A DNA stretch of 64,000 bases from an uncultured Bacilli bacterium (GTDB lineage Bacteria > Bacillota_I > Bacilli_A > RF39 > UBA660): NCBI GenBank assembly GCA_910584655.1, contig CAJUBJ010000001.1:236086-300085 (forward strand), written 5' to 3'. The position numbers and the translations under genes were made by a program. The notes beneath the pieces were generated by a model. It did not search any database, was not told where the DNA came from, and saw nothing but the letters and a program-made list of their open reading frames with translations. This document shows positions 39,850 to 48,780 of this stretch, piece by piece (position 1 is the first letter of the stretch; every line of letters starts with the position of its first letter).

Positions 39850-40030
39850 AAAAGTACTAAAATAACCAATAAATGGATTTTATAAAGAGTATAAAACTAT
39901 TTTATAAAGTGAAAAAAAGAGTGAAAAAGTAAATTTCATTCTTTTTTTGTAAAAAAAACGTAAAAAAGATGGACAAAAAAAATGGAAATATATATAATAA
40001 GCATTAATGTGAATCTTGAGGAGGCGAGTC

Positions 40031-42349
40031 ATGAAAAATAATTTACCAGTAATGCTTCTTAAAAGGATTGTCCTTTTACCTTTTCAAGATGTTAGACTTG
40101 ACTTGAATAATGATATTAGTAGCAAAGTTATTGATTTGGCAATTAATAAACATAATGGTGAAATTTTAATTGTTTGTCCAACTGATTTATATGAAGAATC
40201 TCCGGATGTATCTGATTTACCTGCAGTTGGAGTTGTGGGTAAAATAAAAAGTAAAATGGAATTACCTAATGGTAATTTAAGAATTGTTGTTTCAGGATTT
40301 AAAAGAGTAAAAATTATTGAATATGTAAATGAGATAACAGATGGTGATATTTTAAAAGCACATACTATGGAAATTGAATTTCCTTTATTTGACGAAGTTG
40401 AAGAAACAACTCTAAAAAGAAAGATGTTAGAATTGTTAAATAATTATATTGAGTGCTCATCTTTAATTAGTAATAGTGTATTATCGAGCATAAAAGATAT
40501 AAATGATATTAATAAGATAACTGATATTATTGTTTCGTTTATGCCGTTCTCAATTGAAAAAAAATTGTTATACATGCAAGAAATAAATCCGTTGCATAGA
40601 GCTAATGCTTTGGTATATGATTTATCAATAGAACTTCAAGTTGCTCAGTTAGACTCTAAATTAGACGATGCTTTGAGAGAAGATTTTGAACGTAGTCAAA
40701 AAGAAGTTTTACTAAGAGAAAAAATAGAAGAAATAAAAAAAGAACTTGGTGAGACAGATTTAAAAGATGAATTGATTGGTGACTATTTAGAAAAGATTAA
40801 TAATTTAAAGTGTGATGGTAGATTAAAAAACAAATTAGTTAATGAAGTTAAGAAATTAGATTATACAAATGAGGCAAGCCCTGAAGTTAGTACTATTCGA
40901 AATTATTTAGATTTAGTATTAGATTTACCTTTTGGAATATATAGTGATGATGAAACGGATTTAGAAAAAATAAAAAATAGTTTAGATTCTACACATTTTG
41001 GACTAGAAAAAGTAAAAGATAGAGTTTTAGAATATATTGCAGTTAAAACAAGAAATAAAAACTTACGTAGTCCTATTATATGTTTAGTTGGTCCACCAGG
41101 TGTTGGTAAGACAACTTTAGCAATGGGAATTGCTAATAGTTTAAAGAAAGAATTTTATAAAATTAGTGTAGGTGGACTTAATGATAGTGCTGAGTTGAAT
41201 GGACATAGAAGAACTTATATCGGTTCTAGTTCAGGTAAAATAATACAAGCACTTAATAAGTGTGGAACAAGTAATCCATTAATTTTGATAGATGAAATAG
41301 ATAAGATGGTTAAAGACTATAAGGGAGATCCTGCTTCTGTACTTTTGGATATATTAGATCCAGAGCAGAATAACAGATTTATTGATAATTATGTTGAGGA
41401 ACCTTTCGATTTATCGGAAGTAATGTTTATTTTGACGGCGAATTATGAAGAAGATATACCAGAAGCTTTATATGATAGATTAGAAATTATAGAGCTTTCA
41501 AGTTATACAGAATTTGAAAAATTAGATATTGCAAAAGAATATTTAATACCTAATATTTATAAAGAGCATTTTGTGTGTAGCAAGGAAATAAAATTTAGTA
41601 ATGATGTCATTATGGAAATTATTAATAGATATACTAAAGAAGCTGGAGTTAGAGACTTACAAAGAAATTTAAGTGCAATTGTTAGAAAGATAGTAACTAA
41701 GTCTGTTAAAGAAGCTAATAGTCCAATTAAAACAACTGTCAAAAAGAGTGACTTACTTAAATATCTTGGCCCATATAAGTATGATTTAGGAAATGAAGCG
41801 ATTACTAATCATGTTGGTTTGGTTAATGCTTTAGCATATACGCCAATGGGTGGAGTTGTGTTACCTGTTGAAGTTACAATGTACGATGGCAAGGGAGAGT
41901 TTAAAGTTACTGGAATGCTTGGTCAATGTATGGATGAATCAGTAAGTGTTGCTTTTAGTTACATTAAAAGTAAGGCACAAGAATTTGGTATTGAAGAAAC
42001 TTTATTGAATGAAAAAGATGTACATATTCATTTTTTGGAAGGAGCAGTAAAAAAGGATGGTCCTTCTGCTGGTGTAACTATTGCTAGTGCTCTTTTAAGT
42101 TTATTTTTAGAAAAAGAAGTACCAAAAGATGTTGCGATGACTGGTGAAGTTACATTACTTGGCGATGTTTTAAAAGTTGGTGGAATTAAGGAAAAAATAA
42201 TTGGAGCATACAATGATGGAATCAAGAAAATATTTGTTCCTTATACTAATTCTTGTGATTTGAATGAAGTACCAGATATAGTGAAAGAAAAAATAAAAAT
42301 TATATTAGTTAAAAATTATAAAGAGATATTTTCTTACTTGTTTAAGTAA
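40031..42349 (+). CDS. lon: ATP-dependent protease LonA
   Basis: LON N-domain, Walker A GPPGVGKTT, Walker B LIDEIDK, catalytic KKDGPSAGV Ser and GGIKEK Lys. GAGGAGG RBS. Confidence 0.95.
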   Translation: MKNNLPVMLLKRIVLLPFQDVRLDLNNDISSKVIDLAINKHNGEILIVCPTDLYEESPDVSDLPAVGVVGKIKSKMELPNGNLRIVVSGFKRVKIIEYVNEITDGDILKAHTMEIEFPLFDEVEETTLKRKMLELLNNYIECSSLISNSVLSSIKDINDINKITDIIVSFMPFSIEKKLLYMQEINPLHRANALVYDLSIELQVAQLDSKLDDALREDFERSQKEVLLREKIEEIKKELGETDLKDELIGDYLEKINNLKCDGRLKNKLVNEVKKLDYTNEASPEVSTIRNYLDLVLDLPFGIYSDDETDLEKIKNSLDSTHFGLEKVKDRVLEYIAVKTRNKNLRSPIICLVGPPGVGKTTLAMGIANSLKKEFYKISVGGLNDSAELNGHRRTYIGSSSGKIIQALNKCGTSNPLILIDEIDKMVKDYKGDPASVLLDILDPEQNNRFIDNYVEEPFDLSEVMFILTANYEEDIPEALYDRLEIIELSSYTEFEKLDIAKEYLIPNIYKEHFVCSKEIKFSNDVIMEIINRYTKEAGVRDLQRNLSAIVRKIVTKSVKEANSPIKTTVKKSDLLKYLGPYKYDLGNEAITNHVGLVNALAYTPMGGVVLPVEVTMYDGKGEFKVTGMLGQCMDESVSVAFSYIKSKAQEFGIEETLLNEKDVHIHFLEGAVKKDGPSAGVTIASALLSLFLEKEVPKDVAMTGEVTLLGDVLKVGGIKEKIIGAYNDGIKKIFVPYTNSCDLNEVPDIVKEKIKIILVKNYKEIFSYLFK

Positions 42350-42392
42350 TTAAATATCTTTTTTTTCATATTCTTAATTAGGAGGAATATTA

Positions 42393-43340
42393 ATGAGACA
42401 AATTATACCTTTTTGTAAAGATATTGTTTTTAAGACGAATATTGCTAGTATTACTAGTATTTCTTTAGAGCATGAAGAAAAACTTATAGATGAGGAGGTT
42501 AGTGGTGATTTTATAGTTTTTGGAGATTATAAAATACATAATGATACAACAGAAAAAGAACTTTTTAAATATAGATTACCTTTTACTGCTTTAATACCAG
42601 ATAATATTATTCCTGAATCTGTTGATGTAGATGTTGAAAATTTTACATATGAACAGATTGAGGAGGATGTTTTAAAAGTTAACATTGATTTTAGTGTTAG
42701 TGGAGAAGAAATGGAAGAAGTAAAAACTGTTAATGAAAGATATGAAGATGTGCTAGAAGGAGAAGGTGTCCAACTAAGTGAAGATGTTATTAAAGAATTA
42801 AATAATGAAATAGATCAATTTGTTGAAAAAAGAAAGTTGGAAGAAAAAAAAGATGATATTGATATAATAGAATCGATTTCTGTGGATTCTAATATTGATA
42901 ATGAAAATGATTTGAAGGAAGAAAGTGTTAGTGAGGTAGAAGAAAATGATGTTAAAGAACTAAAAGAAAAAGTAATTATTAATGATGATGAAAATGTTGA
43001 GTTAAATCGTATTCAAAATGTTATAGAAAAAGATGATGAAGATGATAGAAAATTAGAAAAAGATGATATGGAAGTTTATGACGAAAGACCAATGATAGTT
43101 GATATTTCTAAAAGTGAAGAGTCTGTAAAAGAGGAGATAGAAAAAGTGGATCAAACAGAAATAAAAGAAGTTGTTAGTGAGTATGTAACTTATCATATAC
43201 ATATAATAAATGATAATGAAACGGTAGATGGAATTTTGAAAAAATATGGAAGTAATATGGAAATAATTAAAGAATATAATGATATAAGTAATATTAAAGT
43301 AGGAGATAAGATAATTATTCCAGAATATATTGATGAATAG
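42393..43340 (+). CDS. spoVID: SpoVID-like protein: conserved N-domain, long acidic middle, C-terminal LysM
   Basis: The N-terminus IPFCKDIVFKTNIASITSISLEHEE...GDFIVFGDY resembles the SpoVID N-domain. About 120 aa are E/D/K-rich. C-terminal LysM: YHIHIINDNETVDGILKKYGSNMEIIKEYNDISNIKVGDKIIIP. Confidence 0.55.
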   Translation: MRQIIPFCKDIVFKTNIASITSISLEHEEKLIDEEVSGDFIVFGDYKIHNDTTEKELFKYRLPFTALIPDNIIPESVDVDVENFTYEQIEEDVLKVNIDFSVSGEEMEEVKTVNERYEDVLEGEGVQLSEDVIKELNNEIDQFVEKRKLEEKKDDIDIIESISVDSNIDNENDLKEESVSEVEENDVKELKEKVIINDDENVELNRIQNVIEKDDEDDRKLEKDDMEVYDERPMIVDISKSEESVKEEIEKVDQTEIKEVVSEYVTYHIHIINDNETVDGILKKYGSNMEIIKEYNDISNIKVGDKIIIPEYIDE

Positions 43341-44208
43341 AAGTTTAGAAGTATTTAATAAAATATATAAACCTTATAAGATTACACGAAAAAATAATGT
43401 TTATATATTAAATACTATGGAGGGTAATTTTGTTATTAAGTTAAATCCTAAAATAAATTATAGTGAATTATATAATTACTTATATAGTAGAAATTTTTCA
43501 TATGTACCTGAAATATCTAAAGATAGTAGAGATGATATGCTTGTTTTAGAATATCAAGAAGATTTAAGTTTAAATAATAATCAAAAAGCAATGGACTTGA
43601 TAAAGTTGGTTGCTTTATTACATAGTAAAACAAGTTACTTTAAAAATGTAACTAACGATACATATAAAGAAATATATGATAATATTAAACAAAATTTAAA
43701 TTATTTAAATACTATGTACGATGGAATGTTTATGGAATATATACAGGAAGAATATATTGTACCTAGTCATTATCTTTTTTTAAGGAATTATAGTTTGATA
43801 TATAATGCCATTAATTATTGTTATACAAAGTTAGATGAATGGTATGAAAAGATAAAAGATAAAAATCGCCAACGAGTTGCTTTATTACATAATAATTTAG
43901 AATTAGATCATTTATTAAAAAATAAAAATGATTATTTGGTTAGTTGGGATGATTATACTTTTGATACTCCTGTTCTTGATTTGTATAAATTTTATCAGAA
44001 AGAATGGGAGAATGTTGAGTTTGGAGAAATATTTAATGATTATAATAGTAATTTTCAATTACTTGATGAAGAAAAGATGTTACTTGATATAGTTATAAGT
44101 ATTCCATTAAATATTGATTTTACTTCGAAGGAATATCAAAATTGTCGAAATGTTAGGAAGCTAATAGATTATTTAAGCAAATCGAGCAAAATTGTTTTAC
44201 AAAATTAA
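43330..44208 (+). CDS. ysxE: CotS/YsxE-like spore-coat kinase-fold protein
   Basis: Overlaps the spoVID-like gene, as in the B. subtilis spoVID-ysxE pair. LLHNNLELDHLL...SWDDYTFDTPVLDLYKF follows the APH/CotS catalytic-loop layout. Confidence 0.5.
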   Translation: MMNRSLEVFNKIYKPYKITRKNNVYILNTMEGNFVIKLNPKINYSELYNYLYSRNFSYVPEISKDSRDDMLVLEYQEDLSLNNNQKAMDLIKLVALLHSKTSYFKNVTNDTYKEIYDNIKQNLNYLNTMYDGMFMEYIQEEYIVPSHYLFLRNYSLIYNAINYCYTKLDEWYEKIKDKNRQRVALLHNNLELDHLLKNKNDYLVSWDDYTFDTPVLDLYKFYQKEWENVEFGEIFNDYNSNFQLLDEEKMLLDIVISIPLNIDFTSKEYQNCRNVRKLIDYLSKSSKIVLQN

Positions 44209-44404
44209 TATGGCCATAATAATTTAAATAGTAGAAAAAATAATAAAAAACATTCTATTAATAAAATAACTATGTTGAAACGTAGTGGTAGTATTAAAGT
44301 AATTATTACTTGATAAAAAATTAAAATACATAAGCAAAAAATTAATAGAAGAGTAAAAAAAGGATTTTTACGACACATAATATCACCTATTATAAAATAT
44401 GTTA

Positions 44405-44431
44405 AAAGAAACTAAGTGTTTCTTTTTTTCT
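44405..44431 (+). terminator. intrinsic terminator in the ysxE-downstream spacer
   Basis: Perfect 8-bp stem AAAGAAAC/GTTTCTTT with a 5-nt loop, followed by T6. Confidence 0.5.
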
Positions 44432-44509
44432 TTATTTAAAATATTAAGTACTTTAAAAGATAAATTATTTATGTTATATTTATATAGAGTAGAATATATG
44501 GTGATAGTA

Positions 44510-45436
44510 ATGAGTAATAGAATTTATATAACTTTATTTTGTGTTTTAACACTGTCATTGGTTCTTTTAGGTTTTTCTTTTGCTAAAGAATCTGGTACTA
44601 GTGATGTTGCTTTACTAGATGATAAAAGTAGTGAAAGTTTTAGAGTTATTTATTCTGATTCACAAAATATAAATGTAAAAGAAGATAATGAATTTGATGT
44701 AGGAATTATTAATAAAAGTGATTTGCTTTGTAGTTATTCTTTAGTATTAAAGGAAAATAGCGCTTTTAACTATGATGAAGTTTATTATATGATTAATGAT
44801 ATGCCTGAGCAGAAAGTGAAAGATGGAGTAATATATCTTGGAGAAATTTCACCATATGGTCAAGATGGTGATTATAAAAAATACAATGTTAAAATTATTA
44901 ATAGAGAAGATGTAGAATTAGAATTTTCATTAGATGTGGTAAGTAATAAAAAAAATACTATTTCTAATATAGTACAAAGAAGTAACAGTGTTTATGTAGA
45001 TGACAATGGTGATTTTCATTATTATGGTAAGGAAGTAAATAATTATATTAGATATAATGATATGCTATATAGAATAGTTGGGGTATTTGATGGTGAAGTA
45101 CGTATAATTAGCGATGCAGTTTCTCTAGGAATTTATGATAATAGTTTAGGTAATTACTTGAGTTTAGATGATTTCTTAAGTAGTTATGATAAAAATGAAA
45201 AGTTAAATTTAGATAGTGTTAATAAATATGAGGGATGGTTGCTAGAAGACAAGGAATATTGGTTAAGCGATTTAGATGAAGGAAATGCTTATTATACTAA
45301 CGTAGATATTGGTGTTAATACATCAAATAAAAATGTTAATTTATATTTAAGATATGTTTATGATATTTTAGATGGTATTTATATTGGGGGAGATGGCACT
45401 ATAAATAATCCTTATGAGGTGTCTTATGGAAGTTAG
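44510..45436 (+). CDS. membrane-anchored protein, paralogue of 48781..49776 (DUF6273-like C-terminal module)
   Basis: TM at the N-terminus. NYIRYNDMLYRIVGVFDGEVRIISD ... YWLSD ... GDGTINNPYEV aligns with the 331-aa protein. The upstream part of the tracked ORF (44399-44509) looks non-coding. Confidence 0.6.
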   Translation: MSNRIYITLFCVLTLSLVLLGFSFAKESGTSDVALLDDKSSESFRVIYSDSQNINVKEDNEFDVGIINKSDLLCSYSLVLKENSAFNYDEVYYMINDMPEQKVKDGVIYLGEISPYGQDGDYKKYNVKIINREDVELEFSLDVVSNKKNTISNIVQRSNSVYVDDNGDFHYYGKEVNNYIRYNDMLYRIVGVFDGEVRIISDAVSLGIYDNSLGNYLSLDDFLSSYDKNEKLNLDSVNKYEGWLLEDKEYWLSDLDEGNAYYTNVDIGVNTSNKNVNLYLRYVYDILDGIYIGGDGTINNPYEVSYGS

Positions 45437-45935
45437 TAAACAATTAAAAAAACAAATAGTAATTGAAGTTATTGCGTTACTATTTTTAGTTGCTGTAATA
45501 ATTTATGCTTTTTTTGCTATAGATAAAGCACAAGAAAATAAAGTTTCTAGTATTGATGGTATGGTAGTTGTAGTAGATGATACAAAGAATAAAAAGATTG
45601 AAGTTTTAAGTGATGGAGCAGGTCTTGAAACGGAAGGAACAACTTATACTATAACAAATAATAATAAAAAAACGATTAATTATAAGTTGGTTGTTGTTCC
45701 AAATGAACATGATGAAAATATTTTGAATCAAATAAGAATAAGTACAGATGATTTGTATATTGAAAACTTAACTGATTTAGAAAGATATAATGGTGGTTAT
45801 GTAATAAATACTCATACATTAGAATCTGGTTATACTAAAATTCATTTAATTAAATTTTGGTATAAGTTAGAAGCTAAGGATGTGAAACTTGTTGATAATA
45901 TTAAGTTTGAATATAAGTTGATTAGAGAAGATTGA
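45426..45935 (+). CDS. hypothetical membrane-anchored protein (169 aa), translationally coupled to the preceding gene
   Basis: GAGGTG sits 5 nt before the ATG at 45426, inside the upstream stop region. N-terminal TM IVIEVIALLFLVAVIIYAFFAI. Confidence 0.55.
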   Translation: MEVSKQLKKQIVIEVIALLFLVAVIIYAFFAIDKAQENKVSSIDGMVVVVDDTKNKKIEVLSDGAGLETEGTTYTITNNNKKTINYKLVVVPNEHDENILNQIRISTDDLYIENLTDLERYNGGYVINTHTLESGYTKIHLIKFWYKLEAKDVKLVDNIKFEYKLIRED

Positions 45936-46761
45936 TAGTAATTAAAGTTATTGTTAAGAAGATAATTAGGTGTAATAAGCGATAGTATAAATATTTATTA
46001 TAGTTTAGATAAGTATCATTTATGATACTTTTTATTTGGGATTCTATACATAAGCCACAAGTTGATAGAGAAATTATAGTGAAGAAAAGTTTTAAATTGA
46101 GAGGGATATTTATAGTGGAAAGATGATTTAATGATGTTGTTATTTCTAGGATACTAAAAAGAAAAGTTTTTAGATAAGTATTACTGATAAGGTTTATTGG
46201 TAAGGTATTAAAGAATATTATTGTTCCTAGAATAGTTATTAATGTTTTTATATTTTTGTTTATACTATTTATAATTGTATTAAATATATTGTTGTTATTT
46301 ATCTTGGTTATTTCGCTATTTTCAGGCTTTATTATAAGTGTTAGGATTATATTTGATAAAATGTTTAGTATTATAATAATTATTGCTAATTTAGTATTGA
46401 AAATTAGTTTTAAGTAATTGTATGTAAATATAAGAGATGTATATTTAGTTACACTAAGTTGTTTTGTTATATTAATTTTTGATTTACTTAGTATGTATGC
46501 ATTAGAAGGAGAACCTGATATAATGCTTAAGATATAAAGACAGTTTATATGTAAATATTTTGTTATGTAATAGGGAATGTTACTATTATAGATTAAATCG
46601 ATAATAATGAATGTTGGGAAAAGGGATGGGATTATTTTAGTAATCCATATATCTAGAGAGTATATAACTTGTTCTTTTATGTAAAAATTATATTTTAAAC
46701 AATATATAAAATATAAAATAATAATTGTAAATAATGTTACTTCTTTAATGTTATTTTTCAT
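45922..46761 (-). CDS. ylbJ: polytopic membrane protein, YlbJ-like (nucleoside-recognition/Gate domain, sporulation membrane protein)
   Basis: LDIWITKIIPSLFPTFIIIDLI matches the YlbJ N-terminal motif. Adjacent and divergent to a ylbL-like gene. Confidence 0.5.
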   Translation of the reverse strand: MKNNIKEVTLFTIIILYFIYCLKYNFYIKEQVIYSLDIWITKIIPSLFPTFIIIDLIYNSNIPYYITKYLHINCLYILSIISGSPSNAYILSKSKINITKQLSVTKYTSLIFTYNYLKLIFNTKLAIIIIILNILSNIILTLIIKPENSEITKINNNNIFNTIINSINKNIKTLITILGTIIFFNTLPINLISNTYLKTFLFSILEITTSLNHLSTINIPLNLKLFFTIISLSTCGLCIESQIKSIINDTYLNYNKYLYYRLLHLIIFLTITLITINLL

Positions 46762-46802
46762 AATTTTCCTCTAATAATGATATAATAAGTTAAGGTGATA
46801 AT

Positions 46803-47813
46803 ATGTTTAATAAGATATATGATGGTGTAAAAAACTTTATGAAAGATAATCTATTATTTGTAATTCTTTTATCGATAATTGTGATTGTTAATGTTGTTAA
46901 GTTACCTTATGAAGTTAATATGCCTGGTGGTATTATTGATCTAGGCAATAGGGTAAAAATAAATGGAGAAGAAGCTGAAATAGAGGGAACTTTTAATATG
47001 GCTTATGTTTCTGTGGTTCAAGGAAGTATTCCTCATATATTATTAGGATTAGTTATACCTGATTGGGAAGTTGTTCCAGAGAGTGATTCGACATATGAGA
47101 ATGAAACTATAGAAGATGCAAATAAAAGGTCTAAGTTGATGTTAGAACAAAGTAAGAACTACGCTACTGTTGCAGCGATGGATGCAGCTGGTGTTGAATA
47201 TATTGTAGATAATAGAATAAATTATGTTGCTTATATAGATACTAAAGCAGATACTACTTTAAGAGTTGGAGATAATATAATAGAATGTAATGGAAGAAAA
47301 ATAGTTGATGTTAATGAGATAAGTAAGATTGTTCAGGAAGTATCAGTTGGTGAAAAAGTAGATTTTGTTGTAATTAGAGATGAAAATGAAGTAAAAGCTA
47401 CTAGTATAGTTTATGAGGAAAAAGGGAAACACTATATTGGAGTTTCTTCTATCAGTACTTTTGATATAAAAAGTGATGTCAATGTGGAGATTACATCGAG
47501 AGCATCAGAATCTGGACCAAGTGGTGGTTTGATGATGACTTTGATGGTTTACAATGCTTTGACAAATCAAGATTTAACTCATGGTAAGAAAGTTGTTGGG
47601 ACAGGAACGATTTCTTTGGACGGAACTGTGGGAGAAATTGGAGGTGTCAAATATAAATTGATGGGAGCTGTTAAAGAAAAAGCAGAAATATTTTTGGTTC
47701 CTGAAGAAAATTATCAAGAAGCTATAGAACTTAAAGAGAAAAAAGGGTATAATATAGATGTTGTATCAGTTAAAACATTGCAAGATGCAATAGACTATTT
47801 GGAGGGATTATAA
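46803..47813 (+). CDS. ylbL: YlbL/SepM-family protease (TM + PDZ + Lon-type S16 domain)
   Basis: N-terminal TM, PDZ-like GDNIIECNGRKI, catalytic SGPSGGLMMTL Ser and IGGVKYK Lys. Confidence 0.8.
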   Translation: MFNKIYDGVKNFMKDNLLFVILLSIIVIVNVVKLPYEVNMPGGIIDLGNRVKINGEEAEIEGTFNMAYVSVVQGSIPHILLGLVIPDWEVVPESDSTYENETIEDANKRSKLMLEQSKNYATVAAMDAAGVEYIVDNRINYVAYIDTKADTTLRVGDNIIECNGRKIVDVNEISKIVQEVSVGEKVDFVVIRDENEVKATSIVYEEKGKHYIGVSSISTFDIKSDVNVEITSRASESGPSGGLMMTLMVYNALTNQDLTHGKKVVGTGTISLDGTVGEIGGVKYKLMGAVKEKAEIFLVPEENYQEAIELKEKKGYNIDVVSVKTLQDAIDYLEGL

Positions 47814-48418
47814 TGGATTATTACAGTGATGATGTAATCAGTTATATAGATCCTTCAATAGTATTACATCCACTTTTTGATAGTTGGTTTTTGATAGTAG
47901 AAGATATACTTTTAAATGACGAATTTCAAAAAAGAAAATTGTTCATGCATCATCATAATATGAGTGTTTGGGATCATTCTATTTTGGTCTCATTTAACTC
48001 TTTTATCTTTGGTCGATATTTTAATGCAGATATAAGAATATGTGCAATTGCAGGATTATTACATGACTTTTACAGTCAAGCATGGTTAAGTACACCAGTT
48101 CTAGAACATTTGGAAAATGGTAAGTATACAATTTTAATGAAGCAAAAAAAGTCATTATTTAAGATGCATGGATTTGTACATGCGGCTGATGCAGCGAGGA
48201 ACTATGTCAAATTTTTTCCTGAATTAGAAAACAAAAAGATAACTAACGCTATTAAACGACATATGTTTCCTCTTAATATAATTCCTCCTAGATATAAAGA
48301 AGGATTTATTATTACAATAATTGATAAATGGAATAGCGTTCATGAACTGCCTAGTATTAGGGTTGTTCCTGTGATGGTTAAAAATAAAGCGATTGAATTC
48401 TTGTTTGGGAAAATATAA
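47813..48418 (+). CDS. HD-domain phosphohydrolase (small, stand-alone)
   Basis: H..VWDHS...AGLLHDF...HG..HA...KRHMFP has the H...HD...H...D layout. ATG overlaps the ylbL stop. Confidence 0.7.
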   Translation: MDYYSDDVISYIDPSIVLHPLFDSWFLIVEDILLNDEFQKRKLFMHHHNMSVWDHSILVSFNSFIFGRYFNADIRICAIAGLLHDFYSQAWLSTPVLEHLENGKYTILMKQKKSLFKMHGFVHAADAARNYVKFFPELENKKITNAIKRHMFPLNIIPPRYKEGFIITIIDKWNSVHELPSIRVVPVMVKNKAIEFLFGKI

Positions 48419-48419
48419 A

Positions 48420-48455
48420 CTTCTTTACGATTGACGTAAAGAAGTTCTTTTTTTG
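48420..48455 (+). terminator. intrinsic terminator
   Basis: Perfect 10-bp stem CTTCTTTACG/CGTAAAGAAG with a 5-nt loop, followed by a T-run. Confidence 0.8.
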
Positions 48456-48465
48456 TTTAGTTTTA

Positions 48466-48494
48466 TTGAATAAAATCTCTTTTTTTATTAAAAT
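48466..48494 (+). promoter_or_regulatory. sigma-A-type promoter of the 26-aa ORF unit
   Basis: TTGAAT, 17 bp spacer, TAAAAT. Confidence 0.5.
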
Positions 48495-48520
48495 AAATAT
48501 TAATGTTAGGAGGCTAAGCT

Positions 48521-48601
48521 ATGGAAATAGATACTAAACACAGATTTGCTGCGATTATATTTTTAGTAGCTATTGCTATTTTGCTTGCAATAAGCGCATA
48601 A
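48521..48601 (+). CDS. 26-aa hydrophobic mini-protein MEIDTKHRFAAIIFLVAIAILLAISA (not in ORF track)
   Basis: AGGAGG exactly 7 nt upstream of the ATG. It has its own promoter and terminator, a polar head and a single TM helix. Confidence 0.55.
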   Translation: MEIDTKHRFAAIIFLVAIAILLAISA

Positions 48602-48628
48602 AACCAGCGAAAGTTGGTTTTATTTTTT
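48601..48628 (+). terminator. intrinsic terminator with GAAA tetraloop
   Basis: Stem AAACCAGC/GTTGGTTT (one G-U pair) with a GAAA loop, starting at the last base of the stop codon, followed by a T-rich run. Confidence 0.6.
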
Positions 48629-48780
48629 TATTAATTAAGCTTTTTTAAAACTAAAAGTTATAAAGATATTAAAAAGAAATTAAGCTTTTTATTTTTAGAA
48701 GTGCGATAATTATGAAAACATATGGATTGATTTTTAAGGGGTTCTATTTTATAATTATTATGATATAGGAGAGTAATAAT

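Noticed and set aside
44366-44431. Promoter-like TTACGA-17-TATAAA immediately followed by a perfect terminator hairpin, suggesting a tiny sRNA or attenuator
   Set aside because: The implied transcript would be only ~30 nt. The hairpin is more simply the terminator of the spoVID-ysxE unit after a long AT-rich 3' UTR. The promoter match is weak for AT-rich DNA.
44399-44509. 5' extension of the tracked ORF 44399..45436. Similar extensions occur at 7375, 11497, 12916, 16833, 26307, 31214, 36872, 40016, 58103, 59136 and 60887.
   Set aside because: The extensions run through terminator hairpins or promoter-like AT-rich sequence and lack an RBS. Internal ATGs with good Shine-Dalgarno spacing give N-termini that match the family consensus.
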